54,063 bases of DNA, taken from positions 1 through 54,063 of the IMG/VR virus record IMGVR_UViG_3300042923_000886. The stretch is one strand, 5' to 3'. Origin of the DNA: a virus (taxonomy: Duplodnaviria; Caudoviricetes). Both the position numbers and the translations under genes were made by a program. Of the stretch, positions 45,112 through 54,063 are shown one piece after another. Every line of letters starts with the position of its first letter. Position 1 is the first letter of the stretch. The notes below the pieces were generated by a model. The model saw only the letters and a program-made list of their open reading frames with translations, had not been told where the DNA came from and ran no database searches.

Positions 45112-45565
45112 GATATTTGGAGAATTTAACTCAGCTGAGGAAATCAATCAGGCGGCAGAAGGACTTCTGGCCGAAGGTGATAAAGATAATATCCTAAAGC
45201 TGGCAGTTGAGAACGGACTTGATAAGGAATTTGCGCAGGCTTACATCGATGGAGATATTCCGGTGTTAACGGATCCTCTTATGGCAGCAGTCGGAAAATT
45301 GGAACTAGAAAGAAAGAATGTCAAGGGAAGAGTTGTGATAGGCATCCTAGATGATCTTGTGAATTATTTAATGACATCATGTTCAACTGAAGAATTTGCA
45401 AAAGCCGTAAGGATGAAAGGAAAGACTTTGCAGGGCTGTATTGATCACTGTGAAAAGAAATTGACTGAAGTGGCTCAAAAGCAAAGAAAAGGTAATGAAT
45501 TTGTGGGACTATCCGTCCGGAATATGGATGTTTACTTAATGGAGAAAGAATACTATCTGAACTAA
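45104..45565 (+). CDS. PcfK-like protein
   Basis: MFEIFGEFNSAEEIN, FAKAVRMKGKTLQGC; upstream of PcfJ-like gene. Confidence 0.65.
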   Translation: MFEIFGEFNSAEEINQAAEGLLAEGDKDNILKLAVENGLDKEFAQAYIDGDIPVLTDPLMAAVGKLELERKNVKGRVVIGILDDLVNYLMTSCSTEEFAKAVRMKGKTLQGCIDHCEKKLTEVAQKQRKGNEFVGLSVRNMDVYLMEKEYYLN

Positions 45566-45577
45566 GGAGGAAATGGT

Positions 45578-46153
45578 ATGAAAGCATATAAGGGCTTTGA
45601 TAAAAATCTTAGATGCAGGGGATATCAGTTTAAAGAAGGACAGATACATAAAGAGGCAGAAGCAAATTGTGTACAAAATGGATTTCATTGTGCTGAAGAT
45701 CCGTTGGACTGTCTTAGTTATTATCCTGATTGGAATAACTCGGTTTATTATATCGTAGAAGCTTCAGGAGATATTCATGAGGATGGATCAGATTCAAAAA
45801 TATCTTGTACAGAGATGAGATTATTAAAAAAGCTGACAATAGAGGAATATGTTGCAGTAAGCATTAGATATATAGTTCAACATCCGACTAGAGAATGGAA
45901 TAGCAGAGTAAAGAAGGATGAAGCTAGAGCTGATAATATCTTCGCCATTGTAAGAGGGAAAAACCCGATTGCCTCTGGAAAACTTGGTACGGTTCTTGGA
46001 TATGCCAAAGAAATTAAAAAGGGAAATCTGATTGAGTCAATATCAGTATTTGTGGTAGATGGTATAAACTTTTTCCCAGGTGAATGGTACGACGTGGAAG
46101 GAAAGAAGGTGGATTATGAAAAAAGAAATGCTACTAAAACTAAGAAAGCTTGA
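45578..46153 (+). CDS. Conserved phage protein
   Basis: KAYKGFDKNLRCRGYQF..G, GFHCAEDPLDCL.YY, VDG....PGEWY. Confidence 0.75.
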   Translation: MKAYKGFDKNLRCRGYQFKEGQIHKEAEANCVQNGFHCAEDPLDCLSYYPDWNNSVYYIVEASGDIHEDGSDSKISCTEMRLLKKLTIEEYVAVSIRYIVQHPTREWNSRVKKDEARADNIFAIVRGKNPIASGKLGTVLGYAKEIKKGNLIESISVFVVDGINFFPGEWYDVEGKKVDYEKRNATKTKKA

Positions 46154-48275
46154 AGCTACACCGGCAATGATGAAGCTGGCGAATGAAGATAAACCGGAAA
46201 AGAAAAAAATATATCAATGGTCAGATCAGAAATGTGAGGTATACAAATATGGATTATACATGAGGTGTCAATATTTGAATGGCATTCTCAAAGTATCATT
46301 CTTTCTCGCTAATTTAATGAGACTTGGTTTAAGATCCTCCGTATATGACCTATTCATAAATAAAGCTTCAGGAGAATTTATTACCTACGATCATGAAAAC
46401 AAGCGGTGGACAGAAGCAAAGTTGGATATGCTTTTCTGGCCGGAATACGTCAGGCACTCTGGTAAATGGATCAACAATGATGGGACTAATAATATCAAAC
46501 GTTATCTTGATGTCAAGAATGGAGGGTTTAAGGGACTACTAGATTATCAGTTGCAGGTAAGAAAAGATCAACTGATTCGCAGACACCGAAGAGAGACAGA
46601 CCCGTGGGATCTAGCAATGGAGCAGATACCGGAGAAACCAAAGGATTGGGATAAATGGGTTGATAAAGTTGGCTTGACTTCAAATTTTATTTTTTATGAT
46701 TATAAAAAGGGTGGAGCGACAGAAGGATACTGTTCCTGGTGCGAAAAGACAGTTCCGGTCAAACAGCCAAAAAATAACAAAACGGGGAAGTGCAGCTGCT
46801 GTGGGCATGACATTGTATATAAGTCCACTGGAAAGGTCGGAAACAACTTCTATACTGATACAGAAGTTATGTATCTGCTACAACGTTGTGAGGATGGATT
46901 TGTAGTAAGGGAATTCTCCGGATACCGGCATTATAGAAATGGAGATTATAGAAAACCAGAAATAACATACTTTGAAAGACGCAGGGTTATATACAATGAC
47001 CAACTATATCCAAGTGCATATTATTATGGTGAATATAAGCAAATGGAAAGCAGATGGATGGCCACAAATCCAGCATCATATTACTACTCATCAAATAGAG
47101 GAAAAGTATATGGTAAAACAATACCTTCTCTTTCTCAAAAAGAATTGAGTAGGACTGGGTTACCAGAAATGATCAAAGGGATTGAGAAGCTTGATCCGGA
47201 ATCCTACCTTTTGGCATTAAGATATGATAAATATCTAGAACAGATGGCAAAAGCAGGTCTGACAAGATTAGCATATGACATTGTAAGACGGAAAATTGAC
47301 TTAAAAGTAAAATTCACCGGAGAACTTCACAAGATGCTAGGGATTGACAAGCAAAAGCTCAAGCGGATCAGGAAGAATAACAGTGGGCATATATTTATGG
47401 AATGGATGACATACGAGACAAAACATAAAAAGAACGTACCGGATGAGGTAATCGCATGGTTTGAAAAGGAGGATATTCATCCGAACAATCTAAACTTTAT
47501 ATCAAATAATATGAGCGAGGTCAAAATTCATAATTATCTGAAGTGTCAAATAATAGTTACAGGTAAAAAATCAAGAGAGTTAATAACTACTTGGAAAGAT
47601 TATCTGGACATGGCTAAGAGACTGAAAATGGATGCAAATAATGAACTTATTTATAAACCGAAGAACTTAGTAAAAAGCCATAATGACATTGTTCTAATGA
47701 TTGAAAACAAGGAAGCAGCTATACAGGCAGGTGAAATAGCGAAGAAGTTTTCGAAGGTTGATAATATTTGCATTGAAAATAAGGCTAAGTATGAATTTGA
47801 AGATGAAAACTATGCCATTGTTGCTCCCAGGGGAATTGAGGACATCATTGTGGAAGGAAAGATATTACAACACTGCATGGACAAAACAGACCGATACTTT
47901 GACAGGATTAATCAACGGGAATCATATATTTTGTTCTTGCGGAAAAAGGATGATATCAAGAAACCATACTATACATTAGAAGTTGAGCCAAACGGTACCA
48001 TACGTCAGAAGCGCACTCTCGGTGATCGTCAGAATCCTGATATTAAAGAAGCTGCAAAGTTTTTAGAAAAATGGCAAAAGGAAATCCAGAAGAGATTGAC
48101 TAAAGCAGATCAAAAGCTTGCAGAGAGCAGTAAGAAAATGCGGATCGAAGGATACCGAAAACTAAGAGAGGATAAAGTAAGAGTTAGGGGTGGAATTTTT
48201 GCCGGTGAACTCTTAGCAGATATTCTTGAAGCTGATCTTATGGAAGCTGAGTTTAGCGAAAAGAGGTGTGGATAA
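46116..48275 (+). CDS. PcfJ-domain protein
   Basis: WKDYLDMA, PKNL..SH, EG..LQHC, ILFLRK...PYYTLEV. Confidence 0.85.
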   Translation: MKKEMLLKLRKLEATPAMMKLANEDKPEKKKIYQWSDQKCEVYKYGLYMRCQYLNGILKVSFFLANLMRLGLRSSVYDLFINKASGEFITYDHENKRWTEAKLDMLFWPEYVRHSGKWINNDGTNNIKRYLDVKNGGFKGLLDYQLQVRKDQLIRRHRRETDPWDLAMEQIPEKPKDWDKWVDKVGLTSNFIFYDYKKGGATEGYCSWCEKTVPVKQPKNNKTGKCSCCGHDIVYKSTGKVGNNFYTDTEVMYLLQRCEDGFVVREFSGYRHYRNGDYRKPEITYFERRRVIYNDQLYPSAYYYGEYKQMESRWMATNPASYYYSSNRGKVYGKTIPSLSQKELSRTGLPEMIKGIEKLDPESYLLALRYDKYLEQMAKAGLTRLAYDIVRRKIDLKVKFTGELHKMLGIDKQKLKRIRKNNSGHIFMEWMTYETKHKKNVPDEVIAWFEKEDIHPNNLNFISNNMSEVKIHNYLKCQIIVTGKKSRELITTWKDYLDMAKRLKMDANNELIYKPKNLVKSHNDIVLMIENKEAAIQAGEIAKKFSKVDNICIENKAKYEFEDENYAIVAPRGIEDIIVEGKILQHCMDKTDRYFDRINQRESYILFLRKKDDIKKPYYTLEVEPNGTIRQKRTLGDRQNPDIKEAAKFLEKWQKEIQKRLTKADQKLAESSKKMRIEGYRKLREDKVRVRGGIFAGELLADILEADLMEAEFSEKRCG

Positions 48276-48277
48276 GA

Positions 48278-48604
48278 ATGGGTGGACATGATCATCACAT
48301 TGTATTCCGCTCCCAGAGAGGGCTTGATATTGAAGATAATATGATTGAATTATCCTATGAGCAGCATTTAGGAAACAATAGCCCTCATATGAACAAGGAG
48401 GTTAATCTGAAACTTAAAAAAGATTTACAGAACTATTATTACGAACGGTTTCCGGATGATGAGTACTCAATATCAGAGATAGCCATAATTCTGAAAAAAT
48501 CGGAGAAATACATAGAAAAGCATTTTCGAAAGGTAAAGAATTTCGCGGGTATATATAAGCGAGACGAAATCATCAAGAAACTGATGGGTGGAAAATTTTA
48601 TTAG
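48278..48604 (+). CDS. HNH-like small protein
   Basis: HHIVFRSQ; paralogue of 12249-12575. Confidence 0.65.
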   Translation: MGGHDHHIVFRSQRGLDIEDNMIELSYEQHLGNNSPHMNKEVNLKLKKDLQNYYYERFPDDEYSISEIAIILKKSEKYIEKHFRKVKNFAGIYKRDEIIKKLMGGKFY

Positions 48605-48615
48605 GAGGCAAGATT

Positions 48616-49899
48616 ATGGTAAGTGATGAAGTAATGGAAGTGGTCCAAGAGCAAAGTTATGAGACGATTAAAGGAATACTTCGCGGAAAACTGAGTAGTG
48701 TAGCGGAAAGCTTTGTTAGCATTGGATTTCGCCTGAAGCAGATCCGGGATGCAGAGATGTACAAGGAAGATGGGTATAGAGACATATGGGAATTTGCAGA
48801 GCAAGAGTTTAGTCTCAGTCAAGCCAGTACATCGAGATTTATGAGTATCAATGATAAATACGCGGTAGACGGGAATAGTCCTCTTCTCTTACCTCAATTT
48901 GCAGGGTTTGGATGGAGTAAATTGTCTGAGATGTTATCATTGACCGATGAACAGCTTAAGTTGGTATCCGATCGGACAACCAGAGTGGAAATTCGGGAAA
49001 TTAAGAAGATGAATACGGAAGAAAAAGAGCCGGAAAATGAAGTTTATGCGCATGCGCATGAAACGGAGGAAAGCCTTGATAATACTCAATCCCAACCTCA
49101 TTTTTCAGAGGGTGAAAATTACCGTTTTCCGAATGCAAATGAACTACTCACCGACTTCTTCCGACTGAAGGATAAAAGACCGGTGATGAAGGATCTCGCA
49201 AGGCTTATGTTAGGGAAGCCAATCGATAAAGAGAGTGGGCTTAAGGCAGCAGAGCTGATCAATCCTTCTGGCCATTTGATGTATCGAAAAGGAATGGCGA
49301 TCCTGATGTTTGAAGAAGATCATATCAAATACAACAAATTTGGTGGACAGACTATAGACTTTACATATATGGATTTTCTGCATGATTTGTTAATGGTATT
49401 CGATATGTCAATGACAGATCCATGGGTGGCATTCTACGGAGAACCGGTACCGGATCCTATTCCTGAGCCGGTGGTACCGAAGCAGCAGATTAAGCCAATT
49501 GAACAGAAGCCGGAACCGGTGAAGGAAAGCAAGCCTACTCCTAAGCCAGAACAGAAGAAGCCGGAGCCTGTGAAAGAAGAAGCTTCTCTTCCTGGGCAGA
49601 TAGAGATTAATGATTATCCAGAGGTGGTACCGGAGCAATCGGATGAAGATAATCAAGAAGACACTTCATGGCAGCAGGATCAGGAAGAACAATCCGTGAA
49701 TGAGCCTGAGGAACAATTTGAGGTAGTAGAGGCTGATATCGTTCATTCACAGGAACCGGTAGCAAAGCCGGAGATTGAAGTAAGATACGATGAAGCAACC
49801 GGTGAGGTTGAAGTTTGTTTGGATGGTAAGGGAATTAAACTGATCCGGGTAATAGATACCGGTACCGGAGAGAGTTGGGAAGTAGCAATCAATCAGTAG
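48616..49899 (+). CDS. Phage protein with DUF3102-like N-terminus and Pro/Glu-rich linker
   Basis: FVSIGFRLKQIRD..Y..DGY....EFA..EF. Confidence 0.7.
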   Translation: MVSDEVMEVVQEQSYETIKGILRGKLSSVAESFVSIGFRLKQIRDAEMYKEDGYRDIWEFAEQEFSLSQASTSRFMSINDKYAVDGNSPLLLPQFAGFGWSKLSEMLSLTDEQLKLVSDRTTRVEIREIKKMNTEEKEPENEVYAHAHETEESLDNTQSQPHFSEGENYRFPNANELLTDFFRLKDKRPVMKDLARLMLGKPIDKESGLKAAELINPSGHLMYRKGMAILMFEEDHIKYNKFGGQTIDFTYMDFLHDLLMVFDMSMTDPWVAFYGEPVPDPIPEPVVPKQQIKPIEQKPEPVKESKPTPKPEQKKPEPVKEEASLPGQIEINDYPEVVPEQSDEDNQEDTSWQQDQEEQSVNEPEEQFEVVEADIVHSQEPVAKPEIEVRYDEATGEVEVCLDGKGIKLIRVIDTGTGESWEVAINQ

Positions 49900-49993
49900 T
49901 TTAGAGCCATTTAGTATACATATCACAATGCTTCTGAATGGCCATGTCATAGCTAATCCCGGAGGCTGAGACCTCCGGGGGAAAGGAAACATA

Positions 49994-50518
49994 ATGAATA
50001 GAATTACATCGGTTACAGAAGATGCTAAAGAAATGGATATGCTCCAGCTGGCATATAATAAAGTCTTTATGAAGGATGGATGGGCATGGTACAGGGATTA
50101 TGATAGAGAAATTCCGGTGATCGACCTAATAAAGGAGATAATACATCATCACAATTTTGATGCTGAGTTAATTTGTGCTGATCCGGATGAATTCGGAGAT
50201 ATCATGATGGATAACCTGCAGTATGGTACGGATGGTATTGACGGAGTGATAGCAATATTGTATCAGACATTGTGGGCAATGACTGATATGAGAGAGCGAT
50301 TAAAAACATATGAGGATACTAGCTTAGAACCAGAGGAAGTAGAAGATCTTAAGAATTCAGAGGACTACTGGCACCGAGAAGCAATCAAATGGGCAGCGCG
50401 GTTAGGAGAGAATAAAATCAAATTCCGTAATCTACTCAATCAATTCGGAATTCCAGAGGATGATTTCAAGGATGATGAGTTAGAGAAGTTTTTATATTCC
50501 AACCGGCAGCAGGATTAA
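49994..50518 (+). CDS. Hypothetical phage protein (copy 2)
   Basis: Same as 12672-13196 except one S>P. Confidence 0.75.
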   Translation: MNRITSVTEDAKEMDMLQLAYNKVFMKDGWAWYRDYDREIPVIDLIKEIIHHHNFDAELICADPDEFGDIMMDNLQYGTDGIDGVIAILYQTLWAMTDMRERLKTYEDTSLEPEEVEDLKNSEDYWHREAIKWAARLGENKIKFRNLLNQFGIPEDDFKDDELEKFLYSNRQQD

Positions 50519-50527
50519 TATAGGAGG

Positions 50528-51097
50528 ATGCAATTGAAAACCCAAGAGACAATTGATATTGAGAAAAAATTATATTCCAATACAGTAAGAATGGGTGTGT
50601 ATGGAGCATTCGAGGTTACATTCGGGAGAGAAAGGGTTGATTACATAACAGTGGACCGTAAAGGGATTTGGAGAGCTTACGAGGTCAAAGTTACGAAAGC
50701 TGATTTTCATTCTAAGGCTGCTAAGAGCTTTATCGGTAATTATAACTATTATGTTATGCCGGAATGGCTGTATGAGGAAGTGAGAGCGGAAATACCTACT
50801 CATATAGGAGTAATGGATGGAGTTAGTGTATTAAAGAAACCTAAGAAAGTACCATTATCATTACCTGTTGAAACGTTGTTTATCAATATTGTATGTGCTC
50901 TTAATCGGGAAGCTGATAAATATTATAACAATCAGGATGAGGATATTATTGCAAAATATAGAAGAGCATTAGATAGACTCGAAAAAGAAAAGGATAAGAA
51001 CTATAAAAATATGTGTGAGTGGATGGACAAATATTACAGACTTAAGGAAAAAGTTGAGAGCAAAGAGTCTAACCTATTTTCCACAGACACCTGGTAA
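50528..51097 (+). CDS. PD-(D/E)xK nuclease-like protein (copy 2)
   Basis: Identical protein to 13206-13775. Confidence 0.7.
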   Translation: MQLKTQETIDIEKKLYSNTVRMGVYGAFEVTFGRERVDYITVDRKGIWRAYEVKVTKADFHSKAAKSFIGNYNYYVMPEWLYEEVRAEIPTHIGVMDGVSVLKKPKKVPLSLPVETLFINIVCALNREADKYYNNQDEDIIAKYRRALDRLEKEKDKNYKNMCEWMDKYYRLKEKVESKESNLFSTDTW

Positions 51098-51353
51098 CAT
51101 CAAAAATAAGCCTAACTGCCTTGATCATACCTAAGTCTACATAATCACAATCAAATATAAACTCACCTTTGTTTTCCTTGAAGACTTTAATCTCTTTGAT
51201 ATTAAACCGGTAGCGCATACCATCTATTTCAACACCAAAAGAAACAGGTCTAAATTCACCGACAGTGTTATAAACAGCTGTAACGCAGATAGATAGTCCG
51301 GATCTCAAAGTATTACGGTTTGTATAGGGACGAAAGCCAAAGGCAGTAGGCAT
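51069..51353 (-). CDS. SOS-regulated small protein (copy 2)
   Basis: Identical to 13747-14031. Confidence 0.6.
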   Translation of the reverse strand: MPTAFGFRPYTNRNTLRSGLSICVTAVYNTVGEFRPVSFGVEIDGMRYRFNIKEIKVFKENKGEFIFDCDYVDLGMIKAVRLIFDVTRCLWKIG

Positions 51354-51436
51354 AGTTATCACCTCATTAATATTTATTGACAGTTTATAATTATAGAACA
51401 TTTGTTTGTATTTTGCAAGAAGGGAGATATAGGAAC

Positions 51437-51871
51437 ATGGCAATATTGAATTATACAACGACCATAGATGCATTTAAGACGGTATCTGAGATCGAATACA
51501 TATTGATGAAGCATAAGGCTAAATCAATCATGAAGGAATTCAATGGAGAAAGTATCACAGGATTATCCTTTTTGATTGATACCGGATTTAATCAAGTACC
51601 AATAAAGATGCCGGTCAAGGTTAATGAATGTTTAGCTGTTCTGAAGAGAGAAAAGCGAAGTGGTACAAGAACGATAAAGGATACCAAAGATCAGGCTGAG
51701 AGAGTAGCATGGAGAATTCTGAAGGATTGGATAGAGGCTCAGATGGCACTATTGGATATTGAGATGGTTCGTATGGAAGAGATATTCATGCCTTACATAG
51801 TTGATGCAGCCGGCCGGACACTGTATGAGAAGCTGGAAGAGAAGCAATTTCTTCTGACAACTCAGGAATAG
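51437..51871 (+). CDS. Conserved hypothetical phage protein (copy 2)
   Basis: Identical to 14115-14549. Confidence 0.75.
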   Translation: MAILNYTTTIDAFKTVSEIEYILMKHKAKSIMKEFNGESITGLSFLIDTGFNQVPIKMPVKVNECLAVLKREKRSGTRTIKDTKDQAERVAWRILKDWIEAQMALLDIEMVRMEEIFMPYIVDAAGRTLYEKLEEKQFLLTTQE

Positions 51872-51882
51872 GAGGAAGTAAT

Positions 51883-52152
51883 TTGACACTAAATGAAATT
51901 AAGGATGGAGTAATGGCACGTTTTGTAGCCGGGGAAGAGGTAACCATCCGAATAATCAACGATAAAGGAAAGACAACCGGTACATATAAGGCAACAATAG
52001 ATAGGTTTTGCCCTTCCCATATAAGCGTATTTCATAACAATTATTATGAGAGCTTCTCCTATTGGGAATTCATGAAGTATGCAGTAAAGTACAATCAGAA
52101 GAAGAGATCAGGAGAAAAGCCGGCTAGGGTAAGAAGATCAAAGTACGCGTAG
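51883..52152 (+). CDS. Hypothetical protein (copy 2)
   Basis: Identical to 14561-14830. Confidence 0.65.
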   Translation: MTLNEIKDGVMARFVAGEEVTIRIINDKGKTTGTYKATIDRFCPSHISVFHNNYYESFSYWEFMKYAVKYNQKKRSGEKPARVRRSKYA

Positions 52153-52201
52153 TTGATAAGGTAAATTAAGATTTAGCTCATTGAGCGGAAAGAAGGTAAC
52201 T

Positions 52202-52555
52202 ATGAAAAAAGCAATAGAAATTCAACAGGAAAATGCAAAAACTCTCTTTGAACTTATTAAGGAGAACCCAGATTTACCAATTGTTCCTATGGTAGCAACG
52301 GAAATCGCTGCTAGTGATGATTACTCATACTGGATGGGTAGTTGGGGTAAGGCAGAAATAGATAGTTACACTTGTCATGATGATCATATGGTTTATTTAT
52401 CAGACGGAGTTAATGATATCTTTGATGATGTCCTAGAGGATACACTGGAAATACCGGACGGATTGACAGAAGAGGAACAAGATAAATTTATCGAAGATGC
52501 GGTTATGGGGCTCGATTGGACAAAGGCAATTATTGTTAGAATTGAACTTCCATAA
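52202..52555 (+). CDS. Hypothetical acidic protein (copy 2)
   Basis: Identical to 14880-15233. Confidence 0.7.
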   Translation: MKKAIEIQQENAKTLFELIKENPDLPIVPMVATEIAASDDYSYWMGSWGKAEIDSYTCHDDHMVYLSDGVNDIFDDVLEDTLEIPDGLTEEEQDKFIEDAVMGLDWTKAIIVRIELP

Positions 52556-52583
52556 TAAGCTCATTGGAGCAGAAAGGATTTAT

Positions 52584-52949
52584 ATGGTTGAGGGTAAGCT
52601 AAGAGTTATTCAAGGTGGAAGCGTAACATTCTGGTATCCCGGGTGTAAAGAATACCATTCAATACATGTTGAAGGATCAGAACATCCAGTATGGAGTTTC
52701 AATGGTGATTATGAGAGTCCAACGTTTACTCCATCAGTATTAGTCTGAAGCGGTCATTATGTACCAGGAGCAAAGAGTGATGATTGCTGGTGTAACTTCA
52801 AGGAACGTTTTCCAGAGGAAGAGGAACCACCTTTTAAGTGCGGCATATGTCATAGCTTTGTTACCAATGGAAAGATACAGTATCTCGGAGATTGCACCCA
52901 TGAATTAGCAGGTCAGACAATCGACATGGTACTGCCAAGTGAGTGCTAA
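52584..52949 (+). pseudogene. DUF6527-like gene with in-frame TGA (copy 2)
   Basis: Same stop at 52746-52748. Confidence 0.75.
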
Positions 52950-53051
52950 ACTGAAAAATTTATAATTGTACATTGAAAACTGAATATTGATAGTTGATAG
53001 TAATAACTATATAATGGACGTAGGAATAACATTAGAATAGGGGATAGATAT

Positions 53052-53858
53052 ATGAATGCTGTTATAGGTGCAATTATTGAAAATATGAAAAACATAGAAA
53101 TAATCTTTGAACCAACTATTGAAGCTTTCGTAAAAGACACAAAACACACTGGTGATAGCAAAGAAGTGACTGTTGCAAATTTTATTGGAAGCTTCTTCCC
53201 AAGTTCATATGCTATAAAAAAAGGTCCTATCTATAATTTGGAATCTAATTCTCAAGAAATTGATTGTGTAATTTTGGCTCCAAATCATCCACTGCTTTTA
53301 ACTCCTAAAAGGGAAGTGATTTTAGCTGAAGGGGTATATGCTGCAGTCGAGGTCAAGCCAGATATTACAACTTTAACTAATAAATCAGAATTCCATCGCG
53401 CATTATTACAAATACAATCAGTGAAAAAACTAAAAAGAACTTTACGTCTTTTGGATACTGGAAGTGTTCCTGATGAATTACAAAGAATACCATCAGTAAT
53501 ATTTTCAAAAAAATCAAGAACAGCGATTGAAACTATTGAGTATATGAAAAGAAGTATAAAAAGTGAAGCTATTGCACCATTTGAATTACCAGATTTAATT
53601 TTTACAATGGATCATGGTTTGATTTATCATACTACTCATATAGAGAAAACTATTTTTACCGAATGGGTAAAACAATATTCTTCTTCTTATAATGGAGAAA
53701 GGTTTATACATATAGATACAATGGGTGAAAATAGCTTGACGATGTTTTTAATAATTCTATTAAGTTTTAGGCCACCTGAACCTACGATATCTAATCATAT
53801 TATTTTAGAATATTTAAAGGATTCTATTAGTGTCCCATTTCATGTGATGATGCCTTAA
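53052..53858 (+). CDS. NucC-like/DUF6602-type nuclease moron (copy 2)
   Basis: Identical to 15730-16536. Confidence 0.7.
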   Translation: MNAVIGAIIENMKNIEIIFEPTIEAFVKDTKHTGDSKEVTVANFIGSFFPSSYAIKKGPIYNLESNSQEIDCVILAPNHPLLLTPKREVILAEGVYAAVEVKPDITTLTNKSEFHRALLQIQSVKKLKRTLRLLDTGSVPDELQRIPSVIFSKKSRTAIETIEYMKRSIKSEAIAPFELPDLIFTMDHGLIYHTTHIEKTIFTEWVKQYSSSYNGERFIHIDTMGENSLTMFLIILLSFRPPEPTISNHIILEYLKDSISVPFHVMMP

Positions 53859-53867
53859 ATGTTTATG

Positions 53868-53903
53868 AACTACCAACTATCAGTATTCGGTTGGTAGTTT
53901 TTT
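53868..53903 (+). terminator. Intrinsic terminator (copy 2)
   Basis: Same hairpin plus T-run. Confidence 0.8.
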
Positions 53904-53951
53904 ATTGCGACAAACTGAAATTTAGCTGCATGGCAGCAGAAAGGAATAACA

Positions 53952-54063
53952 ATGGCACAGAGAGATATTATCAGACCAAAGGTTACATATCACAATGCTA
54001 CAGACATGGCCTATTATCCAAACGACCTAAAGACTGAATTGCAGTGGAAAAAGCTCGGATATA
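53952..54063 (+). CDS. Hypothetical protein (copy 2, truncated by window edge)
   Basis: Same as the start of 16630-16845. Confidence 0.6.
   Translation, partial: MAQRDIIRPKVTYHNATDMAYYPNDLKTELQWKKLGY

Larger units (their letters stand above)
622..54063. mobile_element. Composite prophage region (two early regions, one late region in window; right end not reached)
   Basis: Continuous phage gene content from attL to window end; two integrases, two repressors, two SSB/Rep/RNase H modules. Confidence 0.92.
49909..54063 (+). repeat. Direct repeat copy 2 (runs off right edge)
   Basis: Near-identical to 12587-16741. Confidence 0.95.

Noticed and set aside
49430-49600. CRISPR or tandem array (GAACAGAAG..CCGGA repeats)
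   Set aside because: Coding low-complexity Pro/Glu/Lys linker; no regular repeat-spacer period and no cas genes
1-54063. tRNA, rRNA or IS elements
   Set aside because: No cloverleaf/T-loop signature, rRNA-like sequence or transposase motif seen by eye

Overview
AT-rich Clostridia-type (probably Lachnospiraceae; inference) chromosomal window. It starts in the 5' half of host comM/yifB, which is cut at its conserved MNPCPCG motif by a large-serine-integrase prophage. The order is: (i) early region 1 (int1, cI/cro, Spo0A-DBD protein, SSB, HUH rolling-circle-type Rep, degenerate RNase H, SNF2-methyltransferase fusion, PAPS-reductase-like protein, NucC-like moron); (ii) one complete HK97-like siphophage late region (terminase, portal, ClpP, capsid, tail with -1 frameshift chaperone, holin, amidase, Ltp); (iii) a second serine integrase and a second, divergent early region, with no host DNA or comM 3' half in between; (iv) a near-identical copy of 12587-16741, offset 37,322 bp, running off the right edge. 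The most notable signals are a twister ribozyme followed by a ~200-nt predicted structured RNA, an invertible two-allele tail-fibre tip with no adjacent invertase, a conserved antisense countertranscript in front of both HUH Rep + catalytically degenerate RNase H modules, an antisense-controlled attenuator in front of int2, an SOS-boxed 34-aa putative antirepressor, and an architecture that fits a phage circle recombined (or mis-assembled) into a resident prophage. Family names are recognised from motifs by eye; no database search was run.
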